Source: Vicugna vicugna
Lineage: Eukaryota
DNA length: 37,519 nucleotides
NCBI GenBank assembly: GCA_013265495.1
Contig: MU058444.1
Location: 2,790,001 to 2,827,519 of the forward strand
Direction of reading: 5' to 3'
A model generated the notes under the pieces. The model was not told where the DNA came from. It saw nothing but the letters and a program-made list of their open reading frames with translations, and ran no database searches. The first letter of the stretch is position 1; each line of letters begins with the position of its first letter. Below, piece after piece: positions 1-13,165 of the stretch. A program made the translations under genes and the position numbers.

Positions 1-289
1 TCCTGGGACTTGTGGATTATGCCGAATGGAGGCTGCTGCCGCTTTTAAGAGGTCGAAGGCTGACCCCGTCCAGTAAACAGAAAGGGTCAAGGTGGTAATC
101 TGGTGCCTGTGGCTCATCCCCCTCCTTCCCCCGCCCCCTGCTGCCTCCTCAAAGTCACAGGGAGAGATAATACTACTAGGACTTGAGTTTGGGTCGTTTT
201 CACACGTTTTCAGAGCTATTAGCTCATATCCTTCGGTGAAATGACCTTATAGGCCAAAATAATTAGACTCATAAAGAGTATAGTGTAGC

Positions 290-836
290 TACGATTGAAG
301 ACATAAAAGGATAAACTGAATGCCTCATGAAGCAGCATCATTAGAACAGAGGGATTAATAATGTAAAACAAACATAATCAACATACTCAGTGACCACGGA
401 GGATGCTTAATAGCATTTAGAAGGAACACAAAGTCATAAAAAGAACAAAGTGGAAATATTAGATATGACAAGTTTAGTAGTTGAAGTAAAGAATTTAATA
501 AATCAGATAAACAGGATGGATACTAGTGAAAAGTGATTTTTTTGAACTTGAGGATCATGTTGAGGAATTCTGAAGGCAGAGGAAAAGCAGAGAGAGAAAA
601 TATCGAATAAGCTAAGAAGTACGGAGGAGAGAGGCAATGGGGCCAATGTTCAAATAATAGGATTCCAGAGGGGAGGAAAGAGACTGGCAGAGAGAAGAAT
701 ATTTAAAGAAGTAATGATGGTAAATTATTCATAATTAAGAAAGAATTAAGACTTCAGATTGAAGAGACGAATAGAATACCAAGGAGCAAAGATAAAAACT
801 CATATCTCAGCAGATGAGTGAAATTTAAGAACATCA
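290..836 (+). mobile_element. Ancient, decayed LINE-1 (L1M/HAL1-like) ORF1 fragment
   Basis: A-rich sequence with ORF1-like segments (aataggattccagagg, aatatttaaagaagtaatg, gacttcagattgaa); many stops. Confidence 0.65.
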
Positions 837-2398
837 TAGCCATTCCCATCTAAAGGCCTTGGACCAACATGGCGAAGAGAAAAAGACCCTGAGCTCACCT
901 CCTGTCAGGAGTGGACCAGAGTCATAACTATCTCCGGAGCAGCCAACCATGGAAAAAACTGGAACCTGTCAGAAAAGATCTTCTACAGCTAAAGACATGA
1001 AGGAACCACAAGGAGACAATAGGAGGGGCGGACACATGATATAATTAAATCCCATACACCCCGGGTGGGTGACCCACACGCTGGAGAATAATTACATTGC
1101 AGAGGCCCTCCCATAGAAGTGAGGGTTCTGAGCCCCACGCCATGCTCCCAGCCCGGGGGTCTGGCACCAAGAAGACGAGGTCCCAGAGCATTTGGCTTTG
1201 AAGGCCAGTGGGGCTTAATTGCAGGAGCCCCAAAGGACTGGGGGAAATAGGGACTTCACTCTTAAATGGAGCACACAAAATCTCACTCGTACCAGAACAC
1301 AGGGCAAAAGAAGTAATTTGATAGAAACGTGGGCCAGACCTACCTGCTGGTCTTGGAGAGTCTCCTGGAGAGGTGGGGGACAACTGCGGCTCATCCTGGT
1401 GACAGTCACCAGTGGAAGACATATTGGGGAGCATTCAGCTATGTGAACACTGCTGCTGTGGTGGCTGCCATCTTGGCTCATTGGCTCCAAGACCTGGCTT
1501 TGCCCAACAGCCTGTGGGCAACAGTGCCAAGACACATGAGGCCAAACACCTATCTGGGTGAGGACACAGCCCAACCCTTCAGCAGACAGGCTGCCCCAAA
1601 ATAAAGAGCCCATGGCCACCTCTAGACGCAGCCCAGCCCACCAGAGGACCAACACCCAGCTCTGTGCACTAGTGGGCAGGCCCCAGCCCCTCCCACTGGA
1701 AACCAGACCGAGCCTCCAGACCAGCCTCATCTACCAGAGGCAGACACCGGAAGCAGGAAAACTGCCATCCTGCAGCACAGACCAGACCCTACCCTGGGAC
1801 CAGCTGGGCCTGGCCCAGCCCACGAGCAGACCAACGCAGCCTTCAGGACAACCCAGGGCCTCAGGAAGTGACCCCCACCTCCTCCAATGATCTAAAACAA
1901 ACTCTGGGGTCCCTAGGCCCTGCAGCCAGACTCCAGGAACCAGATCTGCCTGCCAGGATTCCGGCACTAACCGCAGGATCTGGCTTACCTGCTAGTGAGT
2001 GGGCAACAGCCCCAGGGTCTTCAAGACCCTGACTTTACCCACCAGGGAGCCAGCACTAGCCTGGGCGCCCCTAGGATTCTGCAACCAGCCACCTTGTGAC
2101 CAGGTCCTGCTAAACAGCAGCCAGCAGCATCCACACAAGGCAGTGCCTGGCAACCAACCAGACTAGGGGCATACCATTCCTCCCAGGCCACCCCCACAGT
2201 CAGCCCACCAGAACAGACAGACCCACGCAGCCCTCTTGAGGTGAACCCCTAGAGCGTATAGCCTGGGTGACAAAAGGGGCGTGCACTGCTAGGACCCACA
2301 GGACATCTCGAGACCCACAGAGGGCTACTTCTCTGAGGTTGGGAAACATAACTACCCTATATCACATGCATAGAAATACAAATAACAGCTGACACAAA

Positions 2399-3330
2399 AT
2401 GAGGCAGCAGAGGAATGCGTTTCAAATGAGTAAGATAAAACTCCCCAAGAACTAAGTGAAATGGAACTAGTCCATCTACTCGAGAGGGAGTTCACAGTAA
2501 TGATTACAAAGATGATCAAAGAACTTGGGAGGGGAAAGGATACACAGAGCGAGAGGTTAGAATTTTTTAACAAAGAAAATATAAAGAACAACCAAACAGA
2601 TGTAGAATACAATAATTGAAATGAAAAATACACTGGAAAGAATCAATAGTAGATCAGTGAGCTGGGAGACTGAGTAGTGGAAGTCACTGCCACTGCACAA
2701 AGACAGAGTAGTGCACTGCCACTGCACAAAGAATGAAAAGAAATGCGGACAGTCTGAGAGAACTCTGGGACAACATTAAGTGCACTAATATTCGCATTAT
2801 AGAGGTGGCGGAGAAGAGAGAGAAAAGGACCTGAGGAAATATTTGAAGAGGTGATAGGTGAAAACTTCCCTAATCTGGGAAAGGAAACAGTCACCCAAGT
2901 CCAGGAAGCACAGAGTGCCTCATACAAGAGTAACCTGAAGAGGAATATGCCAAGACACACTATAATCAAAATGACAAAAATTAAATATAAAGAGAATGCT
3001 AACAGCAGCAAGGGAGAAGCAACAAGTAACACACAAAGGAACTCGCATAAGACCATTAGCTGATTTTTCAGCAAGAACTCTGCAGCCCAGGAGGGAGTGG
3101 CATGATATATGTAAAGTGATGAAAGGGAAAAACCTGCAACCAAGACTGCTCTACCCAGTGAGGCTCTTACTCAGATTTGATGGAGAAATCAAAAGCTTTA
3201 CAGACAAGCAAAAACTAAAAGAATTCAGCACTACCAAACCAGCTTTACAGTGAATGTTAAAGGAACTTCCCTGGGTGGAAAAGGAAAGGCCACAACTAGA
3301 AACAAGAAAATTACGAAATGAAAAAGCTCA
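2399..3330 (+). pseudogene. Disrupted L1 ORF1p
   Basis: ATG at 2399 (MRQQRN..); ORFs 2851-3063 and 2996-3253 are frameshifted ORF1p pieces. Confidence 0.88.
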
Positions 3331-3751
3331 GCAGTAAAGATAAACATACTGTAAAGGTAGGAAAACATCCACACATAAAGCTAGTAGGGAGATTAAAAGA
3401 CGAAAGTAGTAGAATCATCTGGTTCCACCATAAACAGTTAAGGGCTACACAGAACAACTGGATGTAAAATATGAGATCAAAAACAGTAATCATGAGGGGA
3501 GGAGACCACACATACACAATTTTTAAAATGCCGTTGAAATCAAGAGATCAGCAACTTAAAACAATCATGTATGTATAGACTGCCGTACAGAAACCTCAAG
3601 GCAAACCAAAAGTCTGTAATAGATGGACACACAAAAGAGCAAAAGGAATCCAAACATAACATTAAAGATAGTCACCAAATTACAAGAGAAGAGAACAAAA
3701 GAAGAAAGGAGGAAAAGGACCTACAAAAGCAAATCCAAAACAGTTAACGAA

Positions 3752-4212
3752 ATGGCAGTATGAACATACATATTGATAACTACTCTAAGTGTAAACGAAC
3801 TAAATGCTCCAACCAGGAGACACAGACTTGGCTGAATAGATACAAAAACAAGACCCGTGTATGCGCTGTCTATAAGAGACCCACCTCAGAGCTAGTGACA
3901 CACACAGATTGAAACTGAGGGGATGGAAAGAGATACTCCATGCAAATGGAAATCAAAAGAAAGCTGGAGTAACAATTCTTGTATCAGAGAAAATAGACTT
4001 TCAAATAAAGAATCTGTTAGAAGAGACAAAGAAGGACACTACATAATGATTGAGGGATCGATCCAAGATACAACAATTGTAAATATATATGCACCCAACA
4101 TAGGAGCACCTCAATCTATGAGGCAAATATTAACAGATGTAACAGGAGAAACTGACAATGACACAGTAATAGTAGAGGACTTTAACACCCTGCTTACATT
4201 GATGGACAGATC
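3752..4212 (+). pseudogene. Disrupted L1 ORF2p endonuclease domain, N-terminal part
   Basis: MAV*TYILITTLSVNELNAP..CL*ETH..RDKEGHYIMIEGSI..IYAPN..EDFNTLLTLMDRS, with stops and frameshifts. Confidence 0.9.
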
Positions 4213-4224
4213 TGAGAATGACTG

Positions 4225-4420
4225 ACTGATTTTGCAGCTTTATTTCTAAGGTCCAGATAGTTCTCTCTGGGTGTTTAACCGGCAGTTCAAACTTAACATG
4301 ATGCAACTGAACCCTGACCTTTCCTTCCTGCTTTGCTGTGCCCCGTCCTCGTGAATAGCATCTCTCTCTCTCCTGCACACGGGCCGGCACGTCTTTCTTT
4401 GACTCCCAGCTAGAATATTG
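4225..4420 (+). mobile_element. L2 fragment
   Basis: ctgggtgtttaaccggcagttcaaacttaacatg resembles L2 ctggatgtc..ggcacctcaaactcaacatg. Confidence 0.55.
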
Positions 4421-6380
4421 GAAAGTCAAGTTTGCCGTTGCAAACAGGTGTCCAGTTCCCTGAAGTCCTTTGTTGCCTGGGCTTTTACAGTGGGTCTTTA
4501 ATGAAAAAAGTTTGCTGAGTACTTTTACGTAATGTTAGTCACTTAAAAAAAACTTTAAACTCAGTGGAGAGTTAAGACAAATATATGTGTTTTTCATTAG
4601 TTGATTTTTAAATTTTATCAGCTGTGTGGTGGTTCGTGTGTCAGCACTGCTGAAGCATCTTGTTGGCAGGAGTGATTTCAGTTCATGCTGCCAGTCATTT
4701 GCACTTGAGTGAAATGAGCAAACTGAGGGGGAATGTGAATTAGGCACAAATAGAATAGAACCAAATCCAGCTTTGCATTTGGCGAGCTGTGCTTTGGCCA
4801 GGGGGGTGGGTCTTGTGGCTGCGCATTGTATTGGAGAAAGTGAACTAGAACTAAGAAACGTAAGATGCAAATCTCTCCTTCGCTCCAGTTTGAAAACTGT
4901 TGATGATTCTTTCATTGTAGGAAAATGCATTTTTACTTAAGGATTGGCTGCTTCAAAATAGTGCTGCTCTAGGCCCTTCTGTGTGTGGTGAGGTCTTTGG
5001 GACCGCCATTGCCTATGGGTTTTTGTTCCCTTTCCCTTTTCCTGAGATACGTAGTAAAACATGCAGATGTCAGATATAAAGGATGGCCGTTGCTCAGACT
5101 TGTCCTTTGCTTGTCTGGTTATCCATCAAACACTTGCAGCCTGATTGTGCCAGAAAGTATGAAATAATGTCTTTGGAAGGCTATCGGTCAAATGTATGTC
5201 AAGGTCTTTTAAAAGTCTCAGCTAGCTCTTCTGATATCAAAGGATGTTTTACAAATGTGATATGCTAAAATGATTACTCTTAGGAAACGTATCTTTAAAC
5301 ATGCTTACATTATCCCTATCTTAATTTCGTTTCTTGGTGCTTTGAGGCAGATTAAGGGGCCCTGTGTCACAGTATGTCACAGCGATCTGGAATCCATGCC
5401 CTAGGCAGCTTGCAGGAAGGTATTAACAAGGGTCCATTCTGTCACTCAAGTGGCAGCTCGTAATTTTGGGGCTGTCAGAACCATAGGCAGTTGTTATAAT
5501 AGCCACATTATTTATTTTTTTTTAGAAAACTTCCAGCTAAGCAAGCAGGTTGGGATTCTTTCAGTTTTCAGACAAGCATCTCTTCTTTACCACAGAGTCT
5601 AGTTATTGTCTCCAGCTTTACAGAACAAGGTCATAACTGGGGGAAAAACAAGGAATAAGAAAATTTTTACCTTTCTTAGGAAAATGGAATTTTATATGCA
5701 ACTTTCATTTACTGGTGATCTAAATTAATTATGACCTGCTTTATAGTTTTATATTAATAAATGAAATTCAGGGGTTTGGTTTGGTGTTTTTAAGGGGATT
5801 GCATGCTATTTGAAACTTCTCTGAGTTTAGAAATGAGAAGACATCAGGGACCCAGGTTGCTGCCTGCGATAATTCCTAATTTGGGGGTGCAAAAAAGGAA
5901 GAAAGGAAAGGGGATTTGGGAAACTCTGCTGTGTTGGTTGAAATACTTCAAAATACATCTATTTCATTTTCCGTCATACTTCTTCATTTGTATTAAATGA
6001 GTTTTGTCTCCAAATTTATGATGAATTAAAGCTTGTTTGAAAATCATCTTCTCTGATGTTGGAGCGTTGAGCTGAAGAGTCCAGTTGGCATTGTTTAAGT
6101 GTCCTTACCACAAAAAGCGATTATACTTCTGTTTCCTTTCATAATGGATGGTGGTTATTGATTTTTACATCCTAGTGATGGAAAATATTTTTTTCTGTTC
6201 TGATTTGTTTTAAATATAGTAATCAGAAATTTTGCAGTTAATCACAAGGCTCTAGTTGTAGGCAAAACATGTCTCTGTGGGCATAACTGAAAGCTGGTCA
6301 AATATTTTAAGAAGCTCCTTGCAGAAGGGCTTAAATATAGAACTTCTTAAGTAGAGGAACACAATTATATAATAGTCCTT

Positions 6381-7367
6381 TTTTTGGTATATATCTATAT
6401 ATTTTATTGAAGTATAGTCAGTTTACAATGTTGTATCAATTTCTGGTGTCATGTGTGAACATACATATATTCATTTTCATATTCTTTTTCACCATAAGTT
6501 ACTACAAGATGTTGAATAGAGTTTCCTGTGCTATACAGTATAAACTTGTTTTTCACCTATTTTATATATAGTAGTGTCTGCAAATCTCCAACTCCCAATT
6601 TATCCCTTCCCACCCTCTTCCCCTCTGATAGCCGTAAGTTCGTTTTCTATGTCTGTGAGTCTCCTTCTATGTCTATGAATCTGTGAGTCTTTTAGAGTCC
6701 TCATATAAGTGATGTCATATGGTATTTTCTTTCTCTTTCTGGCTTTCTTTACTTAAAATAGATGATAATCTCCAGGCCCATCCATGTTGCTGCAAATGAC
6801 ATTATTTTATTAGTTTTTATGGCTGAGTAGTATTCCATTGTATAAAGATACCACATCTTTATCCAGTCATTTGTTGATGGACATTTAGGTTGTTTCCATG
6901 GCTTGGCTATTGTAAATAGTGCTGCTATGAACATTGGGGTGCAGGTGTCTTTTTTAATTAAGTTTCTCTCCGGATATATGCCCGGAAGTGGGATTGCTGG
7001 GTCATATGGTAAGTCTATTCCTAGTCTTTTGAGGAATCTCCACACTGTTTTCCATAATGGCTTCACGAAACTACATTCTCATCAGCAGTGTAGGAGGGTT
7101 CCCTGTTCTCCACAGCCCCTCCAGTATTTATCGTTTGTGGACTTTTGAATGATGGCCATTCTGACTGGTGTGAGGTGATACCTCACTGCAGTTTTGATTT
7201 GCATTTCTCTGGTAATTAGTGATATGAGCATTTTTTCATGTGCCTATTGGCCACTTGTATGTCTTCCTTGGAGAATTGCTTGTTTAGGTCTTCTGCCCAT
7301 TTTTGGATTGGATTGTTTGTTTTTTTCTTATTAAGTTGTATGAGCTGCTTATATATTCTGGAAATTA
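6381..7367 (-). mobile_element. 5'-truncated, lineage-specific LINE-1 (ORF2 C-terminus and 3'UTR)
   Basis: Minus ORF 6749-7066 [43 protein letters not shown] is the ORF2p C-terminus; T-rich tail at left; short gtcctt flanking repeat (6375, 7369). Confidence 0.95.
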
Positions 7368-9304
7368 TGTCCTTCTTGTCTTACTTATTTTTAAAGGAAA
7401 ACCATTTCATTTCTGTCATGAATGGAGCAGATAGCTTAAATTTCACCTAAATTGAGTGACTCCAAAAATAGTGCAAAATCTGATTATTTCAGGTTAGAGG
7501 AAAAAGCTGCAAATGAGGTACAGAGGCCCGTGGGGCTGTTTTACACTCAACTGTAAACATTTGCTGCAGCTACAAGAGCAAGGTCTCTGCAGGAAGAAGC
7601 GAGGGAGCCCAGAGACGGCAGGGAGGCTGAGTCACAAGACAGGGCTGAAGTACTCAGTGACTGAGTGCTCTCTGCGGCATCTGGAAACACAAACGCGAGA
7701 GGGTGTTGTTAGCCATCTGGGGCTGCCACCCCAGAATAAGACGTTTGGATCAGTGGTTTGACGTTCGGCTGTGGAGGAAAATGGGGTTGTTTTTGATCAC
7801 CTCAGGTCCTCCGAGTCTTCAGGTGCCTCTCCAAGGACCGTGTTCCGTCACCCAGTGCAGCACTGTCACTGCGGCTCCAGTCACAGTCCTTGTCCACCCC
7901 TTCGCTCAGTCTTGCCGGCTCTGTCTCCACTTGCGTGCGTCCGTGAAAGACCAGATCAAGGGGAAAAGAGTCCTTGTATAAAGATAAAAGTACCTATGTT
8001 TTGCGTATCTCTTCACTTTGGTAGTTAAATATAACTGTGGATCCTTTGACATTAATTTCAGATTATTTAATAAATAAATTTGAGCCTGTAAGTGCAGGAC
8101 AGGTTGTTTAATTTGGTGATTACTACATTAGAAGTGGCACACCATTTGGTAATATTTAGGAAAGAGGTAAGATCACCAATTTAACAGGCAGCTTATGTCT
8201 GACATTTATAACAGGAAGTAGACTCAGTGGGAAGTTAAAGAATGGTGGACTCGACTATTTAAAGAAGATAAAGCACATGGCTTGGGAAGGTCACTCTTCT
8301 GTCTGGGCAGACTTAAGCATTTTCTAGAAGCCCATAGACACATCTGGCAGCTCCAGTGAGTAGAGTAGAATTTATGTGCATATGTAGGAAACTTTATGAG
8401 AAGCTTCCACATAATAAGGTTCTATTGAAGAGTCATGCTTACAACAAGCAGTAAAGGAATAGTTTTATTCTGTAAAACCCAGAGAAGTATATTTCTTACA
8501 TTAAATAAGAAATTGACCAGTGTAAATTTCAGTAAAGATGGTAGAGGTGCTTTGGGAGACAAAAATGGTGAACAAAATACGATAATAATGAAGGAGGAAT
8601 GTTAGAACTTCAGTTATGGCCTCATAAGTTTATGAAATGAATGAGAAACCTAGGAATTTAAATGATGTTTAGAGTCTTTGCATATAAAGATATGTGGCTA
8701 AAACAGATGTCAGTCTGGCTCTCTGTAATTGTGATAGGTGTATGAAATGACATGGGACGTGGCCAGTGAAATGTAGCAGGAGCCAGTGTCACCTCAGCCA
8801 GCCCCCCAGTCCCAGATGTACCACCGGAGATGCTTCCGGGGGGCTGTAAGGGGTGGAAGTGCCGGCATGTGTTTTCCTAAAGCTGCAAGATGGCCAGATA
8901 CACGGAACTTGATGTACCAGGGAATACGCAAAGTGTACATAGCAGAACAGTGGTATAATAGTGTTTTACTTAATGGTAAAATAATTAGACATTATTTTTA
9001 TAGTAAACCCAAGAAGGACATGTTCTAGAATCAAAATGCAAGTTTTGGCTACATGTTTAAGATAAGTACACGAGACTAAAAGTTTAGGGCATAAAGGTCA
9101 CCTGTTCACTGGTGCCTTGGGCTGAAGGCTGTGAAACCCCGGGGTTCCTTGTGGGTAATCTCACTTTTAGAGTATATTGTGCAGACTGGAGTCTGTGTAG
9201 AACTCCTAGTGGGACTTTCTGCGTGTAGTAAAACCATGAGGAACGCTGGCTGTGTCCCTGCCACTCTCATTCCTGCTCCTCCAGAGCAGTCCTTTAAGAG
9301 GACA

Positions 9305-9438
9305 GGGGAGGGTACAGCTCAAGTGGTAGAGCGCATACTTAGCATGCACAAGGTCCTGGGTTCAATCCCCAGCGCCTCCTCTAAAAATAAATAAATAAAC
9401 CTAATTACTTACACCCCCAAAAACCAAACAAGCAAAAC
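9305..9438 (+). mobile_element. tRNA-Ala-derived SINE (Vic-1-like)
   Basis: A box agctcaagtggtaga, B box gggttcaatcc, A-rich tail; TSD taagaggaca (9295-9304) / taaggggaca (9439-9448). Confidence 0.92.
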
Positions 9439-10749
9439 TAAGGGGACAAACAAAAAGGTGACAATTCAGTCTCTTGGGTGCCAATGGGAAAAACAATATA
9501 TGTTGAATTACACTTGCCAGATCTCTGTTTCACTGGTGAGAAGTCTCACTGTGAAACTCTTTTCTGTAGTAACTTGAAAATTGGGTTCTCAAATTATCAG
9601 ATATTCTAGAAGTAAAATGATTTTATGGGTGTTTTACTTGAAGGGAGAAAATTCAGCGATCCGTGTACATTTATCACCACGTGTCTCTGAACACCTTTTT
9701 TTCTTGCTCGAGCAATTGTGTTCCATGTTTAAGTGATGTAGAATCAGGAAGATGCTTAGGTTAGCCTTTGAATAACAAGCTGCTTTTCACACCATAGGTT
9801 TCATGATCAAAATTCAGCACTGGGATGTCTGCTTGCACTATTCCCGGGTTTACTCTCATTTCTTCGTATCATCCAGACCCCTGAACTGAAAATATCTGGT
9901 TAACGCTGCACTGTTTAATATTCTTTGGAAATTAAACTACTTGGGCATGTTTAGAGCTCAGATGGAATCTATGCATTTTGCTTGCCAAGGTGGTTGGTTG
10001 GTTTTTAGAGCCTCTGTATTGAAAGTCGTGTTTGTGGCCAGCTGATAGAGAAATTTCCATGTGCTGAAGCATCGTACCTATGAAACCTCTTCTGGGGTGA
10101 AGTTCAAGTGAGATGAAGATGATGTGTATGAACCCAAGGAAAACCAGGAAGGACTGTGGGCATCCAAGCTCGAGACCATGGACTGGGGATGAGCATCTCA
10201 GCTGGCCCAGGGGTGCAGGAACCCCGGGGACAAGTTGGGTTCCAGGACCTGGGGGAATATAATGTGGATTCTCATAGCCTGGGGTTGCAACTGGGATTCG
10301 TTGCTATGATGAGAAAATGTATTCAAAAAGACTCAGGATTTTCCGTTGTTAAAGTCAATGAAGTTAAAAGCGCAGCTGCCTGTAAAAAAGTTCATTTTAC
10401 TTGACATCTGCTTTGGTCTCAGGAATAAGGAGATAGCTCTGTTGAACAACCTGTTCTCTCTAGAGATGTATCTTTTTGAATTGTTGCCTTTCAGTTTCAC
10501 AGATGATTTTCTCAACCTATGAATTGCGTGTCTCTTAGAATACACACACTAGCACAGTCCATGTGTCTTCAGTTCTGTAGAAAAGGGTTGCTGGGTGTTG
10601 AGTTGCCATTCCTGGGGAGACATGAAGTGCAAGTAGGAGCCGTCTCAGCTCTTATGTGAAGTGTGGAGAATGTAAAGACATTTTTGAAAAGCGTTCTCCA
10701 CTTGTTTTTCATTAAAAAAAAAAAAACCCAAAACACCTATTCGAAATGT

Positions 10750-11380
10750 GGCATCTGTACAAAAGCCTACACACAGATGTTTGCAGCAGCTTTATTCATA
10801 ATTGCCAAAAACTTGGAAGCAACCAAGATGCCCCTCACGTGGTGAGCAGAAAAATAAAGCATGGTCCATCCAGATGACGGAGTTCTAAAACGAAACGAGC
10901 TATTGAGCCACAGAAAGACACTGAGCCAAAGAAGTCAATCTGAAAAGGCTACATACTGTGCGATTCCAACTACATGACATTCTGGAAAAGGCAAAACTAT
11001 GGAGACAGTGAAAAGATACTGGTTACCAGGAATTAGAGGGGAGGAAAGGTTGACTGAGTGGAGCTCAGAGGGGTTTTAGGGCAGTGAGACTATTCTGTAT
11101 GACACTGCAGTGGTGGGTAAGTGTCATTAAATGTTTGTCTAAACCCACAGAATTAATGTACAGTAGCAAAAGTGAATCCTGTGAAACCTTATTGTAAACT
11201 CTGGACGGTGGTGATAATGATGTGTCAGTGGAGGTTCATCAGTTGTAATAAATGTACCACTTTCATGGGGGTAACAGGGCAGGCTATGCATGTGTGGGGC
11301 AGGGGGTGTATGGGAAATCTTGTACCTTCCTCTCAATTTTGCTGTGAACGTAAAACTACACACACAAAAAAATTCTTTGC

Positions 11381-11411
<31 letters not shown>

Positions 11412-11420
11412 CAAAAAACC
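10750..11420 (+). mobile_element. Old LINE-1 3' end (L1MC-like) with (CAAAA)n tail
   Basis: QMFAAALFIIAKN ORF2 remnant and L1MC-type 3'UTR (tgtaccttcctctcaattttgctgtgaac). Confidence 0.88.
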
Positions 11421-12409
11421 CAAGCCTGAACAAAAACTACCTGCCTTAGGTATTTTGGTTATTTGTGAATCACGGGATGCCGCCACCCTCACACTTAGTC
11501 TGCTTCTCCGTGTAGAACAAGATTGTATGGAAAAAAGGTCTACCGTGTGCTAATAACCTAGCTTGGATTTCTTTTAAGGTACAGCTTGGATATTACTGCA
11601 CATTGTCATTCCTCTGGAGTTTGTAAGGAAGCTGGGGTGAGTGGTAGAGGGCCAAACCACCGGAGAACAAAATTGAGCAGTATTTTCCAAGTGAGCATTG
11701 TTTTCCTGTCATTTTTATGTGTTTTAATTTAGCCAGTGTTGGGTGAGTAGTTCAGAGAGAAGGGATTTATTATTTTAAAGCAAAGCCACCCTCTTGCTCT
11801 TCATTTTCAACTGATTGTCACCTTTGTTTTCCAGATGTCTGTTGAGTCTTGAAAAACCGTGTTCCGTGCTCACTTACAGAGTTTAACTCCTTGTCTTTGC
11901 TCATTCCCTCCCTTCGTGCCCATCCTCTGAAGAAGGAAACCGTGAACGTTTTTTTCTTTCCCTAGGCCCTTTTCTGAAATTATCTTTGGGAGTGACTGAC
12001 CGGCAGCAGTCTGCTCTGGGATTTGCAGAGCAACAGTCAGCCTCACAGCTGGCGGCCGAGCGCTTTCCCCCGGGGCACATGCGTTTTAGAGGTGTTCCCT
12101 GTGTGCAACGGAAGAGTTAAATGCAGGTTAAATCTCTCTTCCTCATCCTTCTCTTGTCTCTGTCTCTGTCTCTCTCACAAATCTGTAATTGCATAAAATC
12201 ATTACTGTAGGACGTCTATTCTCTCGCTCCCCCTGGGGGAGCACAGACCTGGCGGGTGTCTCTGATTTCCCGTCCAAATCCAGAGCGGACGTTGTCATCA
12301 GTCCTCTCACCAGGGTGGGCCTTGAACACATGCTCTGACAAACCACTGCCAGTGCGTGGCAAGCGGACATCGCTGCTTTACGCATGATCCCTAGGACCCC
12401 CCAGCTGGT

Positions 12410-12620
12410 CCATGGCTTCCCTGCTGCTTACCTACTGATAACGCCTGAATCTAAACCTTCATTTAGCTCCATACCCTCTCCCAGGCTTGAGATCCAGGTA
12501 TCTTCAGTTCCGTCTTGGTTATTCAAAAGCACCTCAAAGTCAGCATGCCTGGAACTAGTCATTTTCTTTCCTCTCCCCAGCCTCCTCGTCCTGTCACCAC
12601 TGTATTGCAGTTACTGAAAC
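12410..12620 (+). mobile_element. L2 fragment
   Basis: gcacctcaaagtcagcatgcctggaactagtcattttc resembles the L2 RT region. Confidence 0.6.
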
Positions 12621-12971
12621 AGTCTACCCACCCGGATGTCCTCTGTAGCTTCTTCTGTTTTAGGCATGAAGTTATGTAGAGGGTACCGCCTTCTTATTTC
12701 CCACTTCACGTCTTCCTTTCTGTTGCTGCTGCCTTGTTCTGCCCCTTGGATCCCTGGGTCACCCTCCTCCGAGCCACTCCTCTCACTGTCGAAAATCCAT
12801 CAGCCCCCCTCAACTCCTCCCCTGAACTACTTCAGACACAAATATACACGAGGTAATATCACATACGCCCAGGTACTCACCTCCAGGATCTTGATTCTAA
12901 AAATTATTTCCTCCATGCCAGTCTAGTTTAAATGGGACGTCTGAGAATTTGTTTTCCATGTTTGTCTTCCT

Positions 12972-13165
12972 CTTTTTTTTGAATTGAAGTATAGTCGGTT
13001 ACAGTGTGTCAGTTTCTGCTGTACAGCATCATGTCCCAGTCATGCACATGCACGCATAGGTTCGTTTTCATATTCTTTTTCATTAAAGGTTACTACAAGA
13101 TACTGCATATACTTTCCTGTGCTATACAGAAGAAGTTTGTTTTTTAATCTATTTTTATATAGTTA
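12972..13165 (-). mobile_element. Short LINE-1 3' end
   Basis: ttgaagtatagtc.gttaca..ttactacaagat..cctgtgctatacag is shared with the copy at 6381-7367. Confidence 0.88.

Larger units (their letters stand above)
858..4212 (+). mobile_element. LINE-1 retaining 5'UTR, ORF1 and start of ORF2; 3' part missing; inactive
   Basis: 5' end with caacatggcg, about 1.5 kb GC-richer 5'UTR, ORF1 remnants (ENFPNLGKE, RPLADFS, LQPRLLYP, FSTTKPALQ), spacer, then endonuclease remnants (RDKEGHYIMI, IVNIYAPN, DFNT); ends at atggacagatc. Confidence 0.93.

Noticed and set aside
1045..1967. Overlapping ORFs of 75-171 aa
   Set aside because: They lie in the GC-rich L1 5'UTR, where stops are scarce; no homology recognised.
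4535..4930. 131-aa minus-strand ORF
   Set aside because: No recognisable domain or splice context; ORFs of this size are expected by chance.
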